DNA of 64,000 nt from an uncultured bacterium (GTDB taxonomy: Bacteria > Chloroflexota > UBA5177 > JANWHV01): assembly GCA_963827235.1 (NCBI GenBank), contig CAWHAE010000008.1:1-64000 (forward strand), given 5' to 3'. Below the pieces are notes generated by a model. The model did not search any database. It saw only the letters and a program-made list of their open reading frames with translations, and had not been told where the DNA came from. Positions 21,626 to 32,047 of this stretch are shown piece by piece (the stretch's first letter is position 1; each line of letters begins with the position of its first letter). The translations under genes were made by a program, and so were the position numbers.

Positions 21626-22045
21626 TTAGCAATACCTGGCAAATTGCGGTAGGCTCTTTAAGTAGTCACGTTCCTCTGTCGTCAGAGCGTGCCAGGCCTC
21701 CCTCGCACGCTGCTCAAGCACGGCGACCTCCCTCGTTGCTGATGCCGCCTTTTCGATCTCGTCGCGGTCACACGCCAGGGCCCAGAAGCGCTTGAGTTCA
21801 ATGGACTGAAGGTTGCGCTGCGTAGACCAGTCAGGCCGCGCGTACCACCTATCGCCAACGTCGTCATGCTCAACCGTTGCGAGCACCTCAAAGTCGAATG
21901 GCTCCCAAAGCTCTACCAGAGCGCCTGGTTTCAGGTGAACCAGCAAGCCCTTATCAAAATGGGTCGGAAGCAGTACACGCTCCTGATCATCCATGTTCAT
22001 GGTGTTGAAATCAGGGTGGATACGCAGGATCGGTTCATCCTCCAT
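21626..22045 (-). CDS. Candidate immunity protein for cassette 2
   Basis: GGAGG SD and ATG 16 nt after the toxin stop. RIHPDFN...W.ARPDW pattern. Confidence 0.7.
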   Translation of the reverse strand: MEDEPILRIHPDFNTMNMDDQERVLLPTHFDKGLLVHLKPGALVELWEPFDFEVLATVEHDDVGDRWYARPDWSTQRNLQSIELKRFWALACDRDEIEKAASATREVAVLEQRAREAWHALTTEERDYLKSLPQFARYC

Positions 22046-22061
22046 CGTTACTCGGCCTCCG

Positions 22062-23770
22062 TTATCGCGGCACTGGAAAGGGATTTGGTTTGCGCGTGAA
22101 CGCCGAGCTGAATGCCTCTGCCAAGTCACCAGGAAGGCTAGTCAGAGGTTGGCCTGAGCTGGCGAACACGCTCAGCGTGTGATGATAGCCCCTTCCCGGA
22201 GTTGAAATCAGGCGAATCTGATAGTTCAAGGATGCTGCGACAGCGGCTAGCGTGCTTTCAGTTGCGTAGCTTATCTGTTTGTTGGAGAACCTGCCCGCCT
22301 GGGCGAGTCCGTCGACCGTCGAGCCGGGATTGTACTGAACCGACAGTCCATGAACACCTGGCACGGCTTGATGTTCCTGATAACCCTTCTGCAGGTCTTC
22401 GGGCTTCGCGATCCCTGCCCTAACAACCCAGTGTGGCTCATTGGGCGTCGATGTCGGGACTGGCGTTGGCGGCGCTGGCGTCGGACTGGGATGCGTCTTC
22501 TTGTAGACGATGATCCCGATAACTATCACGCCCGCCACGATCATGATTCCGAGTGCGACGAGTGGATGGCTTGCCACCATGCCGGCGATACCCAGGCAGA
22601 TGCCGAGGAACAGCCCCGTCTTTCCCTTGGTCGGGGCGTCAACTCGTTGGCTCTCAATGGCGCCGGGATTGTTCTCCGCCTGCCAGTGCTCGATGTCGCT
22701 GAGATCTGCAGCGCCTAGTTGCTGCTTCTGCGTCTCTGAAACCTGTCCCAGCACATCGTACTCGCCAGCCGTTCCCGAGATCTGATCGGTGCTCAGGTCA
22801 AGGTTTCCGTTGAACTGGCCGGTGTACAGGTCATAGAGATCCTGGCCCACCTCGTTATTGAAGGTGTCTTCGTCCACGCCGTTTCGCAGCGCCTGCCCGG
22901 CGGCACCGCCCTGCTGGATCACCCCGGTGTCGATGTAGTCAAGGCAATCGCCTGCTCCGAGCATGCCGGCAAGATTCAGCGTCTGGCTTCCGTTGACGAG
23001 GGTGCATTGCCCATTCGGATCACGGCCATTCACCGGGTCGTCCGCCGCGTACGCATACGCCTGCCCCGTCGCGTCCACCTCCGGATCTACGCCAAGCAGG
23101 GTGCCCGTGCCCGGCTGGTACCACCGTGCGCGCAGGTACTCGGCGTTCGTCGTGCCGTCCTGCAGCTCGCCGCCATAGCCGAAGATGCTCACCTGGCCGC
23201 TCGTCTCCGGGGTGCCGTACGGGTCGTAGCTCTGGCTGGCCAGCACGTTGCCGCCGTCGTCGATGGTCTGGCGCTCGCTGCCCTGGGTGTCCGTGCCGTA
23301 CCAGGTGCGCGTGCTGCCTGTCACGTTGGCCAGCAGGATGCCGCCATGGTCGCGCAGGTACTCGCTCGTCGTGCCACCTGTGGCGGATGCCAGGATCTGG
23401 CTCAGGCTGCCGGCCAGGTCCTGCGTGTAGGTCGTGCTCGTGCCGTCGACGGTGGCCGAGACCAGCGTGCCGTCGCCGTCGTAGGCGTAGTCGCGGTTGT
23501 CGCTGTCGGCCGTGGTGCCGGTGAGCCGGCCCAGGGCGTCGTAGGCATAGGTGGCCGTGCCGTCCGTGGTCAGGTTGCCCGCCGCGTCGTAGGTCCAGCC
23601 CGCGTTGCTCACCTCGTTGGCGGCGTTATACGTGTAGACTGCGCGGTCTGGGTGCCGTCGACCGTCACGCTGGTACGGTTGCCGGCCTGGTCGTAGGTAT
23701 AGGCGAAGCTGCTGCCGGGGCTCTCCACGGCACCGGTCAGCTCCTGGATGCCGTCGTACGTGTAGGTGAT
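22062..23770 (-). CDS. Rhs cassette 2: core + TM hairpin + Tse2-like ART-fold toxin
   Basis: DDPVNGRDPNG junction. VVRAG...GLSV...TPG.GYHHTL gives an R-S-H pattern. One frameshift near 23638. Confidence 0.7.
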
Positions 23771-23916
23771 GCCGCGAACGCAGCGGCCCAGAGTGGAAGC
23801 AATTCAGCATATTGCTCAAGAAAGACAGCCACAAGCAAGCTAGCCGCCTGCTGCACGAATGAGGCGACGGCACGGACATTTCGGACCCGATGCACGCTCT
23901 GTTGGAGCACTGGTTG

Positions 23917-23955
23917 GTGACAGCATGATGGCGTGTCACGCCATCATGCTGTCAC
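23917..23955. terminator. Perfect 19-bp inverted repeat after the first immunity gene
   Basis: GTGACAGCATGATGGCGTG-T-CACGCCATCATGCTGTCAC. Confidence 0.6.
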
Positions 23956-23995
23956 GACAGTGCGCACTGACAGCATCCCAGGCGCCGGTCTCCTG

Positions 23996-25183
23996 CTACC
24001 CAAAGCACCAGTCCGCCGCGCGTGACGCCGTGCCTGGGATATGAAAGCGCGTGATCTTACCTGATGGCATAACCCGGCCGATGGTATTCGTGCAAGTCTC
24101 GGTGAACCACATGTTGCCATCGCCGCCGAGCGTGATCCCAGTCCGCTGGTTTAGTGCGACTTCTGCCACTAGGTCGTACCGCTCGGCGGGCACCGCAAAC
24201 GTCCGAACCTTGCCCTTCGGCGTGAGCACACCAATTCGGTTGCTCATCACCTCAGTAAACCACGCGGAGCCGTCGTTGCCGACAGCAATCGCTGCCGGTA
24301 TACCGCTATATGTGTCGAACGGAACTGGGTACAAGGCCATCGAACCGTCTGCAGCAACATGCCCGAGGCTGCCGACGCTTGAGCCTCCATTGAGGTTGGC
24401 CCCGAACCACAAGCTGCCGTCCTTGCCTGCGCCCACACCGAACAGGCTCGAAATCGTCGCTGCACCTGAAGCACCCGGGCCACGGCGTTGCACCGTTGGA
24501 AACGTGCGTCTGAAGAGCGTTCGTCCGTGCGGGTCGATTCGAGAGACACTGTTCCCCAGGGCCAACCAGATTGTGTCCTCGAGGCTGGGCGCTAGCATGC
24601 TATCGTTCCCGATGACGGGCGAAAGCCAGCGAACTTGTTGGCTATTCGGTCTGAAGCTCGCGATGCACTCCTCGCTGGTGTCTAGAGCTTGCCCTAGCGT
24701 GCGACAGTGCGCTGCAACCCAGACGCTGCCGTCCGGCGCCACCATGAGATTCTCGAGCCGCCCGAACCAGCCGGCCGGCCATGCGATCGGCAGCCCACTC
24801 AGCCTGCCACCTGGGTCCATACGGTCTACTCCCGCACTCGTAATGAAGTACAGGCTGCCATCCCGCCCGCCTACGATGGTCTGTCCGCATGCGAACAAGC
24901 ATGCCTCCGTGGCGCTAAACTCACCTGGCGAGTTGGCAGTGAGTTGGCGCATACCCGGCACGCGAACAAGCGTCATCTGCCCATTCGGGGCTATCCGCTC
25001 AATGCCGGCATTCTGGATGAACCACACGCTGCCGTCAGCAGCCGTGGTGATGCTCAGCGGATAGGCGTTGGGCAGCGAGGCAGCGGCGTGGGTGCTACCT
25101 GCTCGACATGCGCTGGCTATGAGCAGGCTGCTGCAAAGTGCAACTTTGGCTATCGCCCACATCATGCCGCTCCGACCCTCCAA
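23996..25183 (-). CDS. Exported Vgb (virginiamycin B lyase)-like beta-propeller, candidate immunity for the main toxin
   Basis: Signal peptide with possible lipobox IASAC. Repeats of I...DG..WF(TE). Confidence 0.75.
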   Translation of the reverse strand: MEGRSGMMWAIAKVALCSSLLIASACRAGSTHAAASLPNAYPLSITTAADGSVWFIQNAGIERIAPNGQMTLVRVPGMRQLTANSPGEFSATEACLFACGQTIVGGRDGSLYFITSAGVDRMDPGGRLSGLPIAWPAGWFGRLENLMVAPDGSVWVAAHCRTLGQALDTSEECIASFRPNSQQVRWLSPVIGNDSMLAPSLEDTIWLALGNSVSRIDPHGRTLFRRTFPTVQRRGPGASGAATISSLFGVGAGKDGSLWFGANLNGGSSVGSLGHVAADGSMALYPVPFDTYSGIPAAIAVGNDGSAWFTEVMSNRIGVLTPKGKVRTFAVPAERYDLVAEVALNQRTGITLGGDGNMWFTETCTNTIGRVMPSGKITRFHIPGTASRAADWCFG

Positions 25184-25309
25184 CAGTGAGGTGCGCTGGC
25201 CAACCGGCGGCGGAGCACGGGGCGCGCCCTGCTGCAGCTCAGGTGAACGCCACGTGTCGCACTACGCATGGCACACGGATACGCCTTTGTGGTCATCTTG
25301 GTTACCTCC

Positions 25310-28300
25310 TCACCCCCCGCCGAGCACACCCGGCAGCGGATGGCCCCAGCCTATAGTTTCTATGTCGTAGAGTTGCATGGTCCGTGCGAGACCCAGCACA
25401 ACTAGAGCTGTGTAGGTGAAGGTATGGCAGTTGGACATAAAGGCTCGGTAGTCGATGCCGCGCCCACCGTTGGCTGCGTTCACGCGGCGGCCCATGGCTG
25501 CAATGAACACGTCCGCTATCGCCATCGGACTATTCAGTAGGTAAACAAACTCGTCTCGAGCGTGCGCGAGCCCTGGCGAATCGGTGGTGAGATGCGCGTA
25601 GGCTTGCACGGATGTCCTGTAGTACAACTGCTGGTCTCCCGAAGCGGCCTGCCCAGGGTTGCAACCTGGGGACTTGTCATTGGTCTTGCCGTGTGTCGGT
25701 CGTACGGTGCACAGCCCCTCAAACTTCGCGAAGTTACCCATCCCATCGGTGGTGAAAATCATCGAGTGGTTCTCCTGGTCGTTGCCAAACACCACGACCA
25801 GCAGTGAGTGACCGGCAGGCAGGTTGGTGCCGGCAGCGCACTGCGCACCACCGGAGCGCAGCGGAACCACAATCGCCGGCTGCATCGGTCCGTAGTCCGG
25901 GTCCCATGGGTCGATGCCCTCAGCCTGGCCCTGATTCGTACACGCCAAATCTGCTTGCACCACACCGTAACCGAGATTGGTATCGGCTCCGCCGTCGGTA
26001 CCGAAGTACGGCAACAGCTTGATTGGGTCGCCCTGCTTGACCGAAGCCAGGATCGGCACGCTCAGAACATCTTCACTTGGGCTGCCGCGCACGGAGCGCG
26101 AGGCCGGGTTAGTCGCTGCGCTCTGGCTTGCCGGCTGCATCGCCAGACCGGTGCCTCCCGTCTGTGAGCCTTGAGGGGAACATAGGCTTACATCCCCGAC
26201 CGTGGTCGAGGTGGCGCTGGTGAAGAACGGCACGAGCGCGTCCGGCGCGCAGATCGCCATAGCCGAAACCGACACGCTGCCCACGGCGCAATCGCCCGTC
26301 GGATCGTCGCCATTCACCGGGTCATCCCCGGCATAGACGTACGCCTGCCCCGTCTCGTCCAGCTCCGGGTCCACACCCAGCAGCGTGCCCGTCCCCGGCT
26401 GGTACCACCGCGCCCGCAGGTACTCGGCGTTCGTCGTGCCGTCCTGCAGCTCACCCGTGTAGCCGAAGATGCCGACGTTGCCAGCGGTCTCCGGGCTGCC
26501 GTAGGGGTCGTAGCTCTGCGTGGCGAGGACGGTGGCAGCGTCGTCGAGGATCTGCCGCACGCTGCCCTGGGTGTCCGTGCCGTACCAGGTGCGCGTGCTG
26601 CCTGTCACGCCGGCCAGCAGGCTGCCGCCGTCGTCGCGCAGATACTCACTCGTCGTGCCGCCTGTGGCCGTCGCGAGGATCTGGCTCATGCCGCCGGCCA
26701 GGTCCTGCGTGTAGGTCGTGCTCGTGCCGTCGACGGTGGCCGAGACCAGCGTGCCGTCGCCGTTGTAGGCGTAGTCGCGGTTGTCGCTGCCGGCCGTGGT
26801 GCCGGTGAGCCGGCCCAGGGCGTCGTAGGCATAGGTGGCCGTGCCGTCCGTGGTCAGGTTGCCCGCCGCGTCGTAGGTCCAGCCGGCGTTGCTCACCTCG
26901 TTGGCGGCGTTATACGTGTACTGCGCGGTCTGGGTGCCGTCGACCGTCACGCTGGTACGGTTGCCAGCCGGGTCGTACGTGTAGGCGAAGCTGCTGCCCG
27001 GGCTCTCCACGGCACCGGTCAGCTCCTGGATGCCGTCGTACGTGTAGGTGATGGTACGGGTGATGCCGATGGCGGACTGGAAGGTCGGCGTGGCCGTGGC
27101 CGTATTGGTGGCCGTAGCCGTGTTCGTCGCCGTGTTGGTGGGCGTGGCGGTGCTGGTCGGGGTGGCGGTGGTGGTCGGCGTACGGGTGACCGTGGCCGTC
27201 TTGGTCGGGGTGCCGGTCTTGGTAGCGGTTGGCGGTACGGGAGTCTTGGTGGCGGTCGGCGGTAACGGCGTCTTCGTCGCGGTTGGCGGCAGCGGCGTGT
27301 TGGTCGGGGGCACGGGCGTCTTCGTGGCGGTCGGCGGCACGGGAGTCTTGGTGTCGGTCGGCGGCAGCGGTGTGTTCGTCGGCGGCACGGGCGTCTTCGT
27401 GGCCGTCGGGGGCGCCGGGGTCTTGGTGGCGGTCGGCGGCGTGCCGGCTGCCGCGTGGCTGCCGGCCCACGCTGCCGGGGCTACCCCGGCGAGCGGTCTG
27501 CCGGCCGCTGCCTGCACCGCCGGTCCCTGCTCGACGAAACCGGCCTGCTCCACGGCGAGCCCGCCGGTGCCGCCGGCCTGCAGCGCCGTGCCGGGGTTGG
27601 GCAGGACCAGCATTCCGGTGCCGTCGTCGGTGGGCGTGGCACTGGGTGTGTCGGTGGCGGCCGGTGTGTCGGTGTCGGTGGCAGCCGGTGTGTCGGTGTC
27701 GGTGGCGGCGGGTGTGAAGGTCGCGGACGGGATCGGCGTGTCGGTATCGGTGGGCGTGAGCGTGCCGGTCGCGGTGACGGTGGCGCTCGCGGTCCCGGAA
27801 GCGGTGGCCAGGCTCTCTGCCGCCCGCTGCACCAGACCCAGCTTGTCATACTGGTAGCCGTAGTGGTTTAGCGTGGTGCTGCCCTGCATGGTCAGCAGGT
27901 CGGCGACGCGGTCCGCGCCGTCATAGCCATAGCTGGTGGTCGTGCCGTTCAGCTCGGCCGATCGTCTGCAGCCGGCCTTCGGTGTCGTACTGGTAGCTCG
28001 CCAGGGTGCTGCTGCCCTGCAGCACGCTCTGCAGCTGCCCGTCGGTTGCGTAGCGGTAGGCCAGGCTCGTGCCGTCCGGGTAGGTCAGCCCGGTGCGCTG
28101 CCCATTCGGCGTCGTAGGCGTAGCCCACCGTGCCCGTGGTGGGGGCGCTCACCTGGGTGATGCGGCCCAGCTGGTCGTAGGTGAAGCTGGTGGTGCCCGT
28201 GCCGTCGCTCAGGCTGGTGCGCTGGCCCAGGGCGTCGTAGGTGGCGCTGATCGGCGCCGTCAGGTCCGGGGCGCTCTCTCCCGTCTGCCGGTCGAGCCCG

Positions 28301-31300
28301 TCGTAGGCGTAGGTGACGTCGTCTGCGCTGCCCCGCGGGTCGTGCTGCTCGACCAGCCGCCCGCCCAGGTCATAGTCGGAGGTCGTCACGTTGCCCAGGG
28401 CGTCCGTGGCCGTGATCTGCTCGTTCGCGGCGTCGTAGCGAAGCTCCGTGTGTGGCCGTCGGCGTCGGTGATCGCGACCCTGTTGCCCGCCCGGTCGTAC
28501 TGGTAGCTGGTGGTCACGTTGCAGGGTGGCAGGCGTGCAGCTTCCCGTGACCGCGTTCTTGGTCACGCTGGTCTGGTGGTCGAGCAGGTCATAGGTGTAG
28601 GCGGTGACGATGCCGTCCGGGTCCGTGGTGGCGAGGGTGCGGCCCGCGGCGTCGTAGACCGTGCTCGTCGCCAGGTCCTGGTCGGGCGCGCTGGCGCTGC
28701 CCGTCTGGCCGGCGTTGCCGGTCGTAAAGTCCGCGATGCTCTCCGCCACCCGGCCCAGCCCGTCCACGAAGCTCACCGTTAGCCGGCCGTCGGGCGTCTG
28801 GCGTCCACCGCTCGGTGCCCGTGCCGTCGTAGCCGCTGGTGGTGGTGCGGCGTCATCGGGTCCGTGCTGGTGACCTGGTCGCCCAGCCCGTCGTAGGTGA
28901 AGCTGCTCGTGTTGCCATCGCCATCCGTCGTGCTCAGCGTCTGGCCCAGGCCGTCGTAGCCGGTTCCGGTCGTCACGTTGCGGTCCGGGTAGAGCGCGTT
29001 GTAGGCGGCACAGCCGCTGAGCGAGGGCGCGCCGCCGCGGTCCGTGCAGTTCTCGGTCACCGCCACGCTCCGCCCCAGGCCGTCGTAGCTGGTCTGCGTC
29101 ACGCGGCCCAGGGCGTCGATGCTCTGGTACGCTCGTCCCAGGGCATCGTAGCCCGTACTCGCGGGCACGTTGCGGTCGGGATGGCCGGCGTCGAAGGCGG
29201 CGCAGCCGGTGGCCACCGGGTTGCCGTTGGCATCGGTGCAGTTCTGGATGCTCGCGCCGGCTCGGGCCGAGCTGGTCGTAGAGCGTGCTGGTCCAGCGGC
29301 CCAGCGCATCCTGCTCGCCCACCGCCAGCCCCGTCGCCGGGTCGTACTGCGTCGTGCTCGTGCGGTTGGTGTCCGTGCGAGTGCCCAGGGTGCTGGGGTC
29401 CTAGTTCTGGATGGTCGTGGTCACCCGGCCCAGCGGGTCGTACTGCGACTGCGTGATCGTGTCCGTGATTGGCGCCGTGGCGCTGAACGTACCGTCCACG
29501 TAGTTGGCGATGCTCTGGTTCGTGGTGCCGTCGGCGTTGTAGCTGGTGTACTGGATGATGTCGGTGTCGTGGCCGTCCGTCCAGCTCTGGTTGGCCGGGT
29601 CCACGGTCAGCGGGTCGCCGTTCTCGTAGTTCTGGATCGTCTCGTAGGGCCGGTTGAGGGCGTCGTAGAGCGTCTCGGTCCAGCGGCCCAGGGCGTCCTG
29701 CTGCCAGGTCGCGTTGCCCTGGTTGTCGTACCTGGTCTGCGTCACCACGTTGACGTCCGCTCCCGTGCCCACGCCGGGCTGCTAGTCGAGCGTGGTGGTG
29801 CTCAGCCGGCCCAGGCTGTCGTACGTCGTAGGCGGTGGTGCGCGTGGTGGCGGCGCTGAAGGTCTTGCCGGCCAGGCTGAAGGTGCCGGTCAGGATGCCG
29901 GTCTGCGTCACCAGCTGCGTGCGGCCCAGGCTGTCGTAGCCGTAGAGCGTGGCCACGTTGGCGTCCGTCTGCGCTGGGGCTGTAGGCGGGCGGCGTGCCG
30001 GGATGATCGGGTTGCCGCTGCCGTCCAGCGGCACCGGCTGCAGGTTCTTGAGCGTCCAGTCCACCTGGCCGAGCGCGTTGTAGTGGGTGACGCTGTAGTG
30101 GCCCAGCGTGTCCCGCACCCAGATCTGCCGGCCCAGGCCGTCGTAGCCGTAGCTGGTGGTCACGTCCTGGTCGGGATAGAGCGGGTTGTAGGTGCCCGTC
30201 CTGTCGTTCTGGATGGTCTCCTGCAACGGAGTTGTCGGCGTTGTAGAGCGTGACGTCGCTGCGGGCCAGCGGCGTGTTCAGGCCCACGGTGGTGGTCATC
30301 ACCCGGCCCAGCGTGTCGTAGCCGTAGCCGGTGCTCTCGGCCAGGCTGGCGCCGTAGCCCACCGTCTGCTCGGTGAGCTGGCCGGTCGCGTCGTAGTCGT
30401 AGCGCGTATCCACGCCCTGGGGGCTGATCTCGTCCTCCAGCCAGTTCTTGCCCGGGTAGCGCACGTTGTAGACGTACTGCGTGGTCAGGCTCAGCGGCGC
30501 GGTCGTGGTGATGGCCCCATCCGCGCCCACCTCTGCCGCCGCGGCGGCCGGGGTGAAACGCATGGAGGCAGCGGCCTCCTGCATGCTCTCGCCGGGCGTC
30601 GTGGTCGTGGTGATCCCGGTGGTGACCTGAATCAGGTTGCCTGCCGCGTCGTAGGACAGGGCCGTCTGCCGGCCCATGGTATCGGTCGCCGTGATCGGCC
30701 GGCCCGAGGCTGTCGTACTGCATGCTGCTGGTCTGGCCGAGCGCGTTGGTCACGCTCGGTCGGCTCGCCCCAGCTGTTGGACGTCTCCTGCGTGCTGTTG
30801 CCGTCGCCGTCCACCGTGGTGCCGGGCGCCATGTTCGCGTCAAACTGCGACGCTGAAAGCTGCACGCCGTCGCGCATCGCGCCCGTCAGCATGTTGGTAT
30901 CCGGGTCGTACTGGTAGATCGTGGTGTCCTGCGTGCTCGTCCGGTCCGGTGGTGACTACCGTGGTCTGGCCGGGCGTGTACGCGGCGGTGAGCGTCGTGC
31001 CGTTCTGCAGGCTCTGTCCGATCACCTTGCCGGCCGGTGTGTAGACGTCGTACGTCTGGGACGCGTCCGTCTCGCCCAGGTTGTCGTCGGTCGCCGTCAG
31101 CAGGTGATTGGTGTAGCTGTACTGTCGTGACGCGGTCCATCACGCCCGTCACCTGCTGCAGGTCGCCGGCCGCGGAGTAGGCGTACTGCGCCTGCCTGCC
31201 GGCGGGGTCGCGTACGTCCTGCAGCTGGCCGGCGGGTTGTAGGCCAGGTCGAGGTAGCGGCCGCGTTGTTGGTGTCGCCGATCTGCTGAGCAGGCCGCCC

Positions 31301-32045
31301 GTGTAGGTCAGGGTCAGCATGCCGCCGTGGCCGTCGCTCTCGCCTTTCAGCTGCCCCGCCGCGTTGAAGGTCAGCGACGATTGGTCCGGCAGGCCGTCTG
31401 GGTGAAGCTGCCGTCCTCGTTCTCCACCAGCGTGCTGTACACGCCGGGGTAGGGCGCGAACTGGCCGGGGCCGGTGATCGCGTACTGCTGCCAGTCGCCG
31501 TTGGCGGCGACCACGATCATGGTGTTCGCGATGCCTCCGGTCATGCTGGGCGTGAGCAGGTAGGCGCCGTACGAGCTCTGCCAGCCGTAGCCCAGGATGC
31601 CGGGCTGGCCGGGGTCGCCGGTGGCCTGGCTGTTGTAGGTGCGGCTCCAGGCGAGCGCCGGGTCCGGCGCTGTCCACCTCGAGGTCCGTGCTGCCGGTGA
31701 CGTAGTTGCCGGTTCGCGTGTTGAAGGACTGCCCGGCCGCGGGCTGCGCGCTGTTGCAGCTGCAGCGGTCCTGCGTCGCGGTCAGTGCGGCAGGCACCGA
31801 GAGCTTGGCCACGAAGGCGTCCTCACCGCCCGCGTAGTCGCTCTGCTCGGCGCCGCCCGCCACGGGAAAGTCGCTGGACGTGGTATAGCCCGCGACGTAG
31901 GCGTTGCCGCTGCCGTCCAGGGCGATGGCCCACCCGCCGTCGTTGCCGCTACCGCCCAGGTAGGTGCTGTAGACCAGGCCGCTGCCCGCGGCGTTCAGCT
32001 CGGTCACGAAGGCGTGGTAGTTCCCATTGGGCGCGGTGGCCTCAC
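25310..32045 (-). CDS. Main Rhs/YD-repeat toxin gene (5'-truncated, many frameshifts in 27.9-31.7 kb) with papain-like C-terminus
   Basis: SBBP propeller repeat ([29 protein letters not shown]), DUF6531-like NTRTGNY, YD repeats, P/T insert, [11 protein letters not shown], then H...[11 protein letters not shown]. Confidence 0.85.
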
Positions 32046-32047
32046 TC

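Noticed and set aside
23996-25183. Streptogramin resistance gene
   Set aside because: Only the propeller repeats resemble Vgb. It is exported and sits in an immunity position.
5500-27050. Repeated cores as a CRISPR array or diversity-generating retroelement
   Set aside because: The repeats are long coding segments. There is no cas or reverse transcriptase gene, and I saw no adenine-specific template/variable pair.
27900-31700. Dense frameshifts as programmed frameshifting or true pseudogenisation
   Set aside because: Similar indels break leuA, ilvN and the kinase. Sequencing error is the simpler explanation and cannot be excluded without reads.
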